The notes beneath the pieces are model-generated. The model was not told the origin of the DNA. It saw only the letters and a program-made list of their open reading frames with translations, and made no database searches. This document shows positions 1-9,436 of a stretch of DNA of 64,000 nt, piece after piece; the stretch's first letter is position 1, and each line of letters opens with the position of its first letter. The stretch covers positions 672,001 to 736,000 of the forward strand of contig CAWAUM010000001.1 in NCBI GenBank assembly GCA_963785235.1, in the 5' to 3' direction. Made by a program: the position numbers and the translations under genes. The DNA comes from an uncultured delta proteobacterium (GTDB lineage Bacteria; Desulfobacterota; Desulfomonilia; UBA1062).

Positions 1-262
1 TAACCATGGCGCCAGCAACCTTGGTTGCTGAAAAAGAAACGGCAGTGACAATCAGAGTATCATCAAGGACCCGTGTTCCATAGATCTCACCGGCAGTAGA
101 GCACCCGAAGATACACGCATTGGGGTATGCTGCCCGGATCATATCAATGAGGCCTTTTTCCTTGATCCTTTTTGTTGCACCGAAGAGTAGGACGAGAGCT
201 GCCTGTGACCCAAGATTTCCCTGTAAAAGACCTTTTGTTAAAATATATTGTTCTGTCTTCAT
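1..262 (-). CDS. FIST-domain signal transduction protein (5' part; runs off the window edge)
   Basis: Manual translation from ATG 262: MKTEQYILTKG...ALVLLFG...YPNACIFGCSTAGEIYG...VTAVSF; GCSTAGEI is the FIST_N motif. Confidence 0.8.
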   Translation of the reverse strand, partial: MKTEQYILTKGLLQGNLGSQAALVLLFGATKRIKEKGLIDMIRAAYPNACIFGCSTAGEIYGTRVLDDTLIVTAVSFSATKVAGAMV

Positions 263-383
263 ACAACCCTTTTCCAAGAGGACTTTTTCATCTACATGAT
301 CGGGTTTTTCCCTGTCAATCATGAGTTTCATGACTATGTCATCCTTCTTGTTTAAATACGCTTGGTAAGGAGAAAAAATATCC

Positions 384-416
384 TTGACTAGAACAATATT
401 CTAAAATATGATTCTA
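384..416 (+). promoter_or_regulatory. sigma70 promoter with overlapping TetR operator
   Basis: TTGACT(384-389)-17 nt-TATGAT(407-412); palindrome TAGAA-N5-TTCTA at 389-403 plus a second imperfect copy; predicted +1 at about ATG 419. Confidence 0.65.
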
Positions 417-418
417 AT

Positions 419-1049
419 ATGAAAGCCCGCAAAGGCACACACACAGGGACGGACTCACGACGCAGCACAATAATTCGGGCCGCCCTGGCTTGTTTTTCCG
501 AGATAGGGTTTTCCGAGACGAGCATGGCCGATATCCGTGAGCATTCAAAGGCAAGTACCGGGAGTATCTACCACCACTTCAAGAGTAAGGAGCAGCTTGC
601 TTCAAGGGTTTATCTCGAAGGAATACGTGATTACCAGGCCTGTCTGATGGCAGCATTAAAAGACAAGCAGGGGGCCAAGGAAGGCATCTGCGCCCTGGTA
701 GAGCACCACCTGAAATGGGTAAGGGACAATGGTGAATGGTCGCGATACCTGTTTCAGAAGCGCCACTTTGCATTCATGTCCGACACCGAAGAGGAGATCG
801 CTTCCCTCAACAGGGAGCTCATGCGACACACCGGTGGGTGGTTCAGCGAACACATCAAAACAGGGACTCTCCGAGACCTGCCGAGTGATATTTATATGTC
901 CATCATCTTGGGGCCATGCATGGAATTCACCAGGCAGTATCTTTCCGGCCATACCAGAACCACAATGGAGTCAGGCCATGGATCACCTTTGTGAGGCTGC
1001 CTGGCAGGCACTGAAAGCCCTCACGGGAGGCGTTAATGAAAACCCTTGA
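419..1049 (+). CDS. TetR/AcrR family regulator (frameshift near 973)
   Basis: HTH GFSETSMADIREHSKASTGSIYHHFKSKEQL; C-terminus continues in another frame (AMDHLCEAAWQALKA...) to stop 1049. Confidence 0.85.
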
Positions 1050-1557
1050 GCAGATTGGTACAAGTGCCATCAAGGAACACATACTCAAGAACTGGATGAC
1101 CCACGATGCCATGTGGTTTCTTCACTGTCTTCAGGCCTGTGGCATAGAAGAGACAAACCGGCTCAACAAGGCTGCCATCAGGTCACTTGCTGCCATCGAG
1201 CTCAGACGGGCCCGGGAGCTCTTCGGCCTTGATAAGGATACCATCGAGACCTTCGAAGGTCTCAAGGAAGTCATCCATGCGGCCTTTTGCGTGAGCAAGG
1301 GCGATTTCATGAGGTTCACCTACAGCTTCCCGGAAAAGAACGTTCTGCACTGGGAGTGGGCCGGAAGGGACTGCTTTGCCTATCAGGGCATGCAGCGCTT
1401 GGGTGTCATCGACCGCTATGAGTGCGGGGTACTCTTTCGAGTGCTCTGCTGGATCGAGAGCGCCGGCGTAAAGTATACCTTGGCTGCTGATGTGAATGGC
1501 TGCCTGATGCACACTACCGGGGAATGTTCCGGTGAAATCAAGTTCTCTTTAGCGTAA
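1036..1557 (+). CDS. DUF6125-like protein
   Basis: WMTHDAMWF motif and conserved-looking Cys residues (DCFAY, YEC, GC..GEC); SD GGAGG. Confidence 0.65.
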   Translation: MKTLEQIGTSAIKEHILKNWMTHDAMWFLHCLQACGIEETNRLNKAAIRSLAAIELRRARELFGLDKDTIETFEGLKEVIHAAFCVSKGDFMRFTYSFPEKNVLHWEWAGRDCFAYQGMQRLGVIDRYECGVLFRVLCWIESAGVKYTLAADVNGCLMHTTGECSGEIKFSLA

Positions 1558-1570
1558 AGGAGGAATAACC

Positions 1571-2653
1571 ATGGATGCATATGAAAAGCTTCGTGAGATA
1601 CTCGATGCCAGCCCTACCGGTGCGCCGGCCTCAAATGCCTTTGACGAGATCCTGAAGATCCTCTTCACGCCCGAAGAGGCTGACCTTGCCGTGCACATGA
1701 CCCTGTTCCCCAGGCCTGTAGAGGCAATAGCACTCGAAGCAGGCATTCCGTTGAAAGAGGCCATGGAAAGGCTGGAGGCCATGGCCGACAAGGCCATCAT
1801 CTTTGCGCGGGAAAAGGGCGGCACGAAGCTCTATGGTCTTCTGCCCACCATCCCGGGTCTATTTGAGTTCCCCCTCATGAGAGGGGCCACGACTCCGGCA
1901 CTGGCGCACCTGGGAAGGCTCTGGGATGAATACCACAGGGAAGCCCTGGGGGCATCCTTTTCAGGAAACCCGACCCCCCTTACCCGGGTTATCCCGGTAC
2001 ATCAATCCATAGATGCAGCCACGCAGGTCCACACCTATGAAGAGGTTGCCAGATTCATTGATGCAGTGGATTATATCGCCCTGGCCCAGTGTGCATGCAG
2101 GGTAAGCGTGGGTGCCTGCGATAAGCCTACCGAGATGTGCCTGGTCTTCGACAGCCCAGGTCGCTTTCTGGTGGAACGCGCCTTTGCGCGGAAAATTAGC
2201 CGGGAAGAGGCCATTGCCGTGCTTGACCGCGCACGGGAAGAAGGCCTGGTCCATACCAGCACCAACAGCGCCGACAAGCCGGCCCTGATCTGCAACTGCT
2301 GCACGTGCTGCTGTACGATCCTCACCTGTAAGACCCAGCTCGGTCTGCCCCATGCCTTTGCATCAAGCGGCTTTGTGGCGCAGATCAACGCAGATGACTG
2401 TACCGGGTGCGGCATCTGTGCGGATGATCGCTGCCCCATGGGGGCCATAGTAATTTCGGATAACACAGCCGTGCTGACCCATGAAAAATGCATCGGCTGC
2501 GGGCTGTGCGTCTCTGTCTGCCCTGGCGAAGCCATAACATTGACCAGAAGGGAAGACCCGCCCGAGGTGCCGGCCACGACCAGGGACCTTGGCGTGAAGG
2601 TGCTGGGCGAAAAGGGCAGACTGGAGGGCTTCCTTAAGCAGATGAAGCCTTAA
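1571..2653 (+). CDS. 4Fe-4S cluster-binding protein with N-terminal winged-helix-like region
   Basis: CACR, ICNCCTCCC, CTGCGICADDRCP and CIGCGLCVSVCP motifs; SD AGGAGG. Confidence 0.85.
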   Translation: MDAYEKLREILDASPTGAPASNAFDEILKILFTPEEADLAVHMTLFPRPVEAIALEAGIPLKEAMERLEAMADKAIIFAREKGGTKLYGLLPTIPGLFEFPLMRGATTPALAHLGRLWDEYHREALGASFSGNPTPLTRVIPVHQSIDAATQVHTYEEVARFIDAVDYIALAQCACRVSVGACDKPTEMCLVFDSPGRFLVERAFARKISREEAIAVLDRAREEGLVHTSTNSADKPALICNCCTCCCTILTCKTQLGLPHAFASSGFVAQINADDCTGCGICADDRCPMGAIVISDNTAVLTHEKCIGCGLCVSVCPGEAITLTRREDPPEVPATTRDLGVKVLGEKGRLEGFLKQMKP

Positions 2654-2659
2654 GGCGTC

Positions 2660-3380
2660 TTATAAGGCAGCTTGTAAGGGATGAGCATGGGCACCCTTTT
2701 CTGGTATTCTTGGTACTCCATCGCCGAACTCACTGACAAGGTCGCGCTCTTCCAGGACCGTGCCTGCAATGATCCAGATTGTCCACATGAGGTTGAAGAG
2801 CAGCCTGTCGGCAGTGAGTACGGGGCAGGACCAGAACATGATCAGTGAAAAGAAATAGAGGGGATGCCTCACCCATTGGTAGGCGCCCTGGACCTTCAGC
2901 GGCATCTGCACGGATATCCTTTTCCCTCATGTGTCGTCTTATGGCCTTGACCCCCAATGGATCGAATGACCCCAGCGACCTGGTCCCCCAGGAGAACCCT
3001 GCTATGCACAGGAAAAACAGCATGCGAAGGAGCCAGTAGGATGCACCCTCTGCTGTAAAAAGAGGTGCCGGGGTCTTCTGCCAGAAGAGCATCACTATGA
3101 GCAGGGCCATGCCTGATGTAAGGGCATAAAAGGCGCTATAGAATATATCAGGGATGATCCCTGCAAGCCGCTTCCGGACGGGCTGTCTGACCATGATGCT
3201 GTGCTGGAGAAAGAAGAGCAAAGACAGGCCTGCATCCAGAAGCAAGGACTGCCCAGTGTTCAATCCAAGGTCGAGTATGGTGAACGATCCCAGGAAGAGG
3301 AACAGGGAAAACAGCATCAGTGAACCGAGACCGAAAGACATGGTTGCATAGATCAAAATATTGGCTTTAATCCTGCTCAT
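2660..3380 (-). CDS. Nurim/MddA-like membrane methyltransferase (ICMT superfamily), frameshifted
   Basis: LFFLQHSIMVR...FWQ in one frame and GAYQWVRHPLYF...TADRLLF...GTVLEERDL in the next; frameshift near 2910 and probably a second near the 3' end. Confidence 0.75.
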
Positions 3381-3405
3381 AGTGACCTCGATGGCCATCG
3401 CTGCA

Positions 3406-3663
3406 TCAGGCCTTTGTATTTTCACTGCCTTGTGTGCCACAGCAGCCTTTCGTGAATTTAGAGAAGTCCGTTTGGCCGCAGCATGACTTGATTCCCTCGG
3501 GCATGCCTTTGCACATGTCCTTGAATTGAGACATCATGGATGCCATGTTTTTGCAGCATGCCTCCATCTGTTCCTTCATCTTCGACTTGTCTCCTTCGGG
3601 CATGCCCTTGCAGCACATGTCCATCATGAGGCCGAACATCTTTTCCTTGTTTCCTTTCATCAT
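3406..3663 (-). CDS. Small Cys/Met-rich protein
   Basis: 85 aa, four CC pairs, internal repeat DMC(C)KGMPEG; SD GGAGG. Confidence 0.7.
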   Translation of the reverse strand: MMKGNKEKMFGLMMDMCCKGMPEGDKSKMKEQMEACCKNMASMMSQFKDMCKGMPEGIKSCCGQTDFSKFTKGCCGTQGSENTKA

Positions 3664-3775
3664 AATACACCTCCGTGCTTGATTTGTAATTCGTATGGTC
3701 CTTCTGAATCCTATGGTGCCACTGTTTGTACAGGGAAAATGTCTGTTTCATTATTTTGGGCAAGCATTTTCATGG

Positions 3776-4048
3776 TTACTCCTTTCTCTGGTTCAAAGAG
3801 CGATTCGTCCGGAAATTTCTTCCCCTTGCCAGGGTGAGGGCAATAATGGCAAAGCCTGCAACCAGCAATGCAACCGGCCAGAACAGTTCCGGGTCGAACC
3901 AGCCGGCCCTTGTGGCCAGCCAGAGTGTCCCGGCCAGGATAAGCATGATCCCGAACCCCATCCCGCAATAGCGGGGGGCATGTCCCATTATGGGTCCGCA
4001 GCAGCCGTACACCGTACTTCCTTCTCTGGGTCTCTCGGCATGCACCAT
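3776..4048 (-). CDS. Small two-TM membrane protein (LiaF/DUF5668-like) with N-terminal GCCG
   Basis: FGIMLILAGTLWL...FWPVALLVAG pattern; SD AAAGGAG before ATG 4048. Confidence 0.65.
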   Translation of the reverse strand: MVHAERPREGSTVYGCCGPIMGHAPRYCGMGFGIMLILAGTLWLATRAGWFDPELFWPVALLVAGFAIIALTLARGRNFRTNRSLNQRKE

Positions 4049-4095
4049 AATTCTACTCCTTTCTGCCCGGGTGTCGGGCAATGAATATTAGTTAA

Positions 4096-4111
4096 TTCGA
4101 TATATATCGAA
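4096..4111. promoter_or_regulatory. Candidate ArsR operator 1
   Basis: Perfect palindrome TTCGATATATATCGAA just downstream of a minus-strand TTGACA (4139-4144). Confidence 0.6.
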
Positions 4112-4214
4112 ATATCTAATAAGCCCCCTGCACGTGATTGTCAATACCTTTTGTGAAAAAAATTCAGTGCAGGGCTAATTCAGAGTAAAATCTGTTAAGT
4201 GGTCTGGTCGCCGT

Positions 4215-4548
4215 TCAGGGTTTGTCCTTGCCGGTGAGGTATCGGACCATCGAACTGATGGTCTCTTCATTCGCTGTTCAGAGGATCGATTGGCCTTGCC
4301 TCTCGCAGCGGACCAGGTGGGCCCGTCTGAGTTCCTTGATATGGTGAGAAATGGTGGACGGGGCAATACAGACAGCGTTCGCAACCGCACATACGGCAAG
4401 CCGGTTGTCGCCGTCAAGTTGCGCCTTCCCGCAGCCTGCAGCGGATCTGCTCGAAGATGGACAGGCGGTTCTTGTTTGACAGTGCCTTGAAGGCCTCCGC
4501 AAGGGCTTCCATGTCAAGGGGCGTTTCCTCGTTCTTTGTTGTGGGCAT
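4215..4548 (-). CDS. ArsR/SmtB family regulator, candidate selenoprotein (1-nt frameshift near 4440; in-frame TGA at 4278-4280)
   Basis: AEAFKALSNKNRLSIF...AVCAVA...IAPSTISHHIKELRRAHLVRCERQGQSIL[TGA]TANEETISSMVRYLTGKDKP*; SD AAGGAG. Confidence 0.8.
4245..4263 (-). ncRNA. Candidate bacterial SECIS element
   Basis: GACCATC-AGTTC-GATGGTC hairpin starting 14 nt after the UGA; loop has G at position 2 followed by U. Confidence 0.6.
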
Positions 4549-4584
4549 GACATCTCCTTAAGCTGAGCAGGTTCGAACAAGCAT

Positions 4585-4600
4585 TTCGATTATTATCGAT
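4585..4600. promoter_or_regulatory. Candidate ArsR operator 2 (autoregulation)
   Basis: TTCGATTATTATCGAT, the same TCGA-N6-TCGA spacing as operator 1; minus-strand TTGACA at 4632-4637. Confidence 0.55.
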
Positions 4601-4800
4601 ATGTCGAAGATCTAAACTCTTTCTTTCGTTGTGTCAAGATACACATGTATTGTAACTACCCAATCTGTTGGATTAATTATTTTTCTCCATGAAATGATAC
4701 TGCAAATCGTTCTTGCCAGACCCTTTGCCTTATGTAATGAAGAGATAGCACCGATAACAATCTACACAGAGATCGGCATCAAGGAGAACACTGGCTAACA

Positions 4801-5590
4801 ATGGATCCACAATACACCTTTTCGTATCCTCAGCTTCAACACGCATGTGTGCATCAAGGCATCGAAATCATCTGAGCGCCTCAAGAACCTCTGGAAGCAC
4901 GTGCTGCCTTCGAGGTGCAAGATGGATAACCTCGAAGAGATATCAGAACTTGTCCGGCCGTTCGATATGGTGGGCATCCAGGAATCGGATGCCGGGAGCA
5001 TCAGGTCGGGCTTCATGAGCCAGATTACATCCCTTGCATGCCTGGGCGGTTTCGATTACTGGGCCGAACAGGTTAATCGCGACATGGTCTTTGCCAGGCA
5101 CAGCATCGGCTTCCTATCCCGGCGCCGCATCGTATCCGTCACCAGGCATCAGCTCCCGGGCAAGATCCCCGGCAGGGGATTGATGATTGCCAACCTGGAC
5201 TTTGAAGGCCAGCCCGTGGCCTTTGCCGTGTCACACCTGTCGCTGGGCCCGAGGGACAGGATCAAACAGGCAAGCTATATAGCCGACATCATTAGGGAGC
5301 TTAACTGCAAGACCATCCTCATGGGGGACTTCAACTGCACCTCAGACAGCCAGGAACTGAAGGTAATAGCCAAGAAGGCGGGTCTGCGGTCTGCCAGAAG
5401 GAATATAGCCACATATCCGAGCTGGAAACCCCGCCGGGATATCGACCATGTCCTGGTATCCGAAGGCATCGTGGTCAAAAAGGCCCAGACAATCAAGTTC
5501 GCCATGTCCGACCACCTCCCCCTGGCCATCGAGGTCCTCATAATGGGCTCCGGTGGGCTGCATGGATCTGTATTGCCTGAGGCGGCCTGA
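4801..5590 (+). CDS. Endonuclease/exonuclease/phosphatase family protein (probable frameshift near 4820)
   Basis: RILSFN, GIQE, SHLSL, MGDFN, IDHVL and SDHLP motifs. Confidence 0.85.
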
Positions 5591-5724
5591 TCAAACCTGG
5601 ATTTTGCAATTGAATGTACACATAAATACTCTATGTGCTTCAGGTGACCTTAAGCATAAAACTCAAAAGTTATCATGTTTTTACTCCTCTTCAACGCTAT
5701 ATCAGGATAAAATGCAGCTTAGTA

Positions 5725-7815
5725 TCACCTATTTGCCTTCCTGATGAAGCCCCTGTAGCGCGCATATTCCACCATGCGGCTGAAGGCGTAGATGGCTCGC
5801 TCCGGTGTTGGGTAGCCCGGCACGCCGAGTTTGATGAAACCTTCGCGCACATGCCTGATATCTCTTTCCGTACCGCCGTAGTAACTCATGAAGATGGGTT
5901 TGCTGCCGTGTTCTGCTATGATGGACCCGAAGGCCTCTTCAATGTCGAAGATGCTCTCGGGCATGAGGACGAAGATGACGAGCAGGGCATCGATGTCGGA
6001 CTGATCAAGGAGACAGCGCGCGATGTGGCCCATAGTCTTCTGGGAACCGTGCTGCTCGACCGCAGACCAGATGTCTATGGGGTTGCGTATGGGTGCCCAG
6101 GCAGGGACGACCTCACGGAGCCGCTTTATGGTGGAGCGTTTCAATGCGGGGAGCGACACCCCGTACTCGTCGCTGGCATCCGTACTGACTACGCACCCCA
6201 TGCCGCTTATGGAGAGGACCCCGAGGCGGTTGCTCCGCGGCAGGGGCAGCGACTCGAAGGCGGCCAGGCAATCGAAGAAGGCCTCGGAATCGTGGACACG
6301 TATCATACCGGTGCGGCGGCAGACCGCATCAAATACTGCGTCCGACCCTGCAAGCGATCCTGTGTGTGAGGCGATTGCCTGCGCACCTGCCTCGGTGCGG
6401 CCCGATTTCACAACCACCACGGGCTTGCTTGTGCTTGCCCTCTGGGCCGCCTTTGTAAAGCGCTCTCCGTCAATGATCCCTTCCAGGTACATGCCGATGG
6501 TGGTGGTTTCATCATCATCAGCCAGATACTCCAGCAGGTCCGATTCGTTCACATCCCCCTTGTTGCCGATACACGCCACCTTGGACACGCCGAACGGCCT
6601 GAAGTCGGCGATCCAGCGGCCCCATCCCGAGGAGAAGACGCCGGACTGTCCGATGAGGGAAACGCCACCCGGACCTATGGGCTCCAGCCCCACAATGGAG
6701 GTGGCGAGACCCGAACCTGTGTGGATGGTGCCGATGCTGTTGGGGCCCATGAGCCTGAGTCCCTGTTTGCGAACCGTTTCAACAAGTTCTTTTTGCTCCC
6801 TGGCGCCAACTGCGCCTATGTCCGAGTAACCACCGGTACTGAGGATCACGGCCTTGACTCCCTTGGCAGAACAGTCCTCAAGGGCTTCAGAAACTGCAGC
6901 CTTGGGGATGACTATCATGGCGAGGTCCACTGGGTCTGGGATGTCGCAGAGGTTCCTGTATGTCTTCATCCCGAGGATATCATGGCCTGAAGGATTTATT
7001 GGATAGAGTGTCCCTTTGAACCCGGCCTTCATGAGGTTTCTCAGGATAATATTGCCGCCTTTGCCATGGCTCCTGGATGCCCCGATGAGCGCGAGGGACT
7101 TTGGATTGAAGAAGGGGTCGCAAGTCTGGGGGTCAGGGTTTTTGCCCGATCCGGTTTTGGGGCTGTCTGCAAGCCTCACGAGCGCATCCACTGCCAGCGC
7201 ACCTTTAGTGCCCACAACAATGGGATTGATATCGATCTCGAGGATATCGCTGCGTATGACCATCAATCTCGATAAGGCCGTGACGGCTTCGGCTACAGCC
7301 TTGAGATCAGAAGGATCTTGGCCGCGGAAGCCCTTCAGGAGTGCAGCCCCGCGCAGGCGGTCGAGCATGGCAAGGGCCCTCGGGATGGACAGAGGGGCAA
7401 GTTCGAGGGCCGTATCACGGAAGACCTCGGTGAATACCCCGCCGATGCCTGCCAGAATAACTGGGCCGAAGACCGGGTCGCGCCGCGCCCCGAGGATGAG
7501 CTCGATACCCGGGGATGCCATCTTCTGGATGAGCAGGCGATGAGGTGTTCCCTTGAATCGGGATTGTATATCACGGACAGAACGTTTAAGGGTTCCGGCA
7601 TCTTTGATATCGAGGATTACCCCACCCTGGTCGGTCTTATGGAGGATCTCCTCCGAGCATACCTTCAGGGCAACGGGATAGCAGAGTTTGGCGGCATGTT
7701 TTATTGCCTCTTCTTCATAGTCTGCCACGGCCTCTTCAATGACCGGGATGCCCCATTTTTTGAGTAGGAGCTTACCCTCGTATTCGTTTAGTGTCCGAAT
7801 TACTTCCTGATGCAT
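5725..7815 (-). CDS. Acetate/acyl-CoA ligase (ADP-forming), ATP-grasp domain first
   Basis: HKTDQGGV, DPVFGP and EIDINP followed by CoA-binding IGAS, GPNSIG, QSG and the SHTG phospho-His motif. Confidence 0.9.
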   Translation of the reverse strand: MHQEVIRTLNEYEGKLLLKKWGIPVIEEAVADYEEEAIKHAAKLCYPVALKVCSEEILHKTDQGGVILDIKDAGTLKRSVRDIQSRFKGTPHRLLIQKMASPGIELILGARRDPVFGPVILAGIGGVFTEVFRDTALELAPLSIPRALAMLDRLRGAALLKGFRGQDPSDLKAVAEAVTALSRLMVIRSDILEIDINPIVVGTKGALAVDALVRLADSPKTGSGKNPDPQTCDPFFNPKSLALIGASRSHGKGGNIILRNLMKAGFKGTLYPINPSGHDILGMKTYRNLCDIPDPVDLAMIVIPKAAVSEALEDCSAKGVKAVILSTGGYSDIGAVGAREQKELVETVRKQGLRLMGPNSIGTIHTGSGLATSIVGLEPIGPGGVSLIGQSGVFSSGWGRWIADFRPFGVSKVACIGNKGDVNESDLLEYLADDDETTTIGMYLEGIIDGERFTKAAQRASTSKPVVVVKSGRTEAGAQAIASHTGSLAGSDAVFDAVCRRTGMIRVHDSEAFFDCLAAFESLPLPRSNRLGVLSISGMGCVVSTDASDEYGVSLPALKRSTIKRLREVVPAWAPIRNPIDIWSAVEQHGSQKTMGHIARCLLDQSDIDALLVIFVLMPESIFDIEEAFGSIIAEHGSKPIFMSYYGGTERDIRHVREGFIKLGVPGYPTPERAIYAFSRMVEYARYRGFIRKANR

Positions 7816-8118
7816 AGTGTCCTCCTGTTGCTGTGTCCTTCTGTATATTATTATAAAAATGAATGAGAACTTACTTTCTTGTGCTTGTTTTATTCTGTTG
7901 ATTACCAGTACTCATTGGGCATGCAACTGAGTCGTCTTTAATTTAGAGAGATCAACTATCACAATTCCTTTTTGGTATATTATCTATCTTCTCAGTTTTT
8001 TCCATAATCTCACTCTAGTCCAGCTTAATATTCAATTTGAGATTTTCTTATTCATAACTTATTAAAACTCATACTAATATCCCCAGCAATAGCAGTATGA
8101 CATTTAATAATACAGTGT

Positions 8119-9081
8119 TCATAATTCCTTCGAATGGATGAGGTGTATAAGAACCCTTGTAAGAAGATCTTTCTCCTCGGGCCTGCTCTCAGCAATAAGC
8201 AGGGTCATGGCCACAAGCGCATTGTCCGCGATCCGTTTGGCCCCGTCAGGTCGATAGAGGGCAGCGTTTTTCTGCATGAACCACAGGAACAGGGCAGCAG
8301 CAATACGCTTGTTGCCGTCAATAAAGGGGTGGTCTTTCACCAGGAAATACAGAAGGTGCGCAGCCTTTTCTTCCAGCCCGGGATAAAGATCCTGGCCCTC
8401 GAATGTTTGGAGAACTGCATGGAGTGCCCCGGACAGACTGCTGTCACGTTCAAGCCCGAAGAGCGATCCCGCACCGTAATGTTCCCTTAGTCGTTCAACG
8501 GTCTGCCTGGCTTCTTCTACGCTTATGCCTGCTACTGGCCCCGGAGTGCATCGGGGCGATCCAACAGATTGGTGATCATAGTCGTCCAGAAGGTCAAGTG
8601 CGAAGCTGTAATCCGCAACGACACGCAAAAGCGCTGCGGCTTCATCACCTGAGAGCACGCGGCGTTCTGCAACGTCAGCAATGAGGCGGATAGCCTTGTT
8701 GAGCTCTTTTAAGCGGCGCTCATTTACTGTATACCCACGCAGGAGATGCTCTCGCAGCACGCCCGTGGCCCAGATACGGAACTGGGTGCCACGTTTGGAA
8801 TTAACCCGGTAGCCTACTGAGATGATGGCATCAAGGTTATATAAGGCAATGGGCTTGTCGGAACTTGCAATGTGCATTTTTTGCACATTGCTTTTTTCGT
8901 CCAATTCTCCAGTACTGAAGATGTTACGAAGGTGTTTTGTAACGACACTGCGCTCAGTATCAAACAGGATGGACATCTGCTTCTGTGTGAGCCATACGGT
9001 TTCCCCTTTGAGCGTTACATCAAGTGCGATTGAGCCGTCCTGTGCTGTATACAGAACCACCTGATCAGAGATATTTGTCAT
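8119..9081 (-). CDS. RhuM/Fic/Doc family protein
   Basis: ETVWLTQKQM...YNLDAIISVGYRVNSKRGTQFRIWA (RhuM) plus HPFIDGNKR (Fic/Doc). Confidence 0.9.
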   Translation of the reverse strand: MTNISDQVVLYTAQDGSIALDVTLKGETVWLTQKQMSILFDTERSVVTKHLRNIFSTGELDEKSNVQKMHIASSDKPIALYNLDAIISVGYRVNSKRGTQFRIWATGVLREHLLRGYTVNERRLKELNKAIRLIADVAERRVLSGDEAAALLRVVADYSFALDLLDDYDHQSVGSPRCTPGPVAGISVEEARQTVERLREHYGAGSLFGLERDSSLSGALHAVLQTFEGQDLYPGLEEKAAHLLYFLVKDHPFIDGNKRIAAALFLWFMQKNAALYRPDGAKRIADNALVAMTLLIAESRPEEKDLLTRVLIHLIHSKEL

Positions 9082-9366
9082 GGGCTTCTTCAAGGAAGTT
9101 TTGATAGGCATCAATATCTCCACGATCCTGTGTTTGCGCTCAATAATAAATTCAAGCAGCTGATGAGTGTATGTCTCCTCTAAAACTTACAGTAAAGAAT
9201 TGAATATTTGATTCTTATCATCCTGTGATTATAGAAATAATATCATATTCTGGGTAATTACAAAACTATTCATATGGAGCCATTCCAGAGAATCGATATC
9301 CCGATAGTATTGGTTTTCCTGAGCACTTGAGGTTGACTTCATAAGGTGCAGGAAAAGAAAAATGAA

Positions 9367-9398
9367 AGGTAGGGGTGAGTTACCGCTCACCCCTACCT
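9367..9398 (-). terminator. GTAG-REP-like hairpin acting as the asd terminator
   Basis: AGGTAGGGGTGAGT-TACC-GCTCACCCCTACCT; T-rich tail on the minus strand. Confidence 0.65.
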
Positions 9399-9436
9399 AC
9401 TCTATGATCATGAATGGGTCGGGCCTGAAGCCGTCC

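Noticed and set aside
3711-3773. 20-codon ORF MKMLAQNNETDIFPVQTVAP with strong SD, or TAG readthrough
   Set aside because: Too short to support and no recognisable motif; may be a frameshifted fragment; nothing suggests pyrrolysine
5635-7767. Long + strand ORFs opposite the acyl-CoA ligase (likewise 9362-10060 and 46464-47306)
   Set aside because: Antisense shadows of well-supported genes, with no motifs of their own
9062-9180. Gene remnant upstream of the RhuM gene (DRGDIDAYQNFLEEAHDKYL)
   Set aside because: Protein-like but too short and broken to assign
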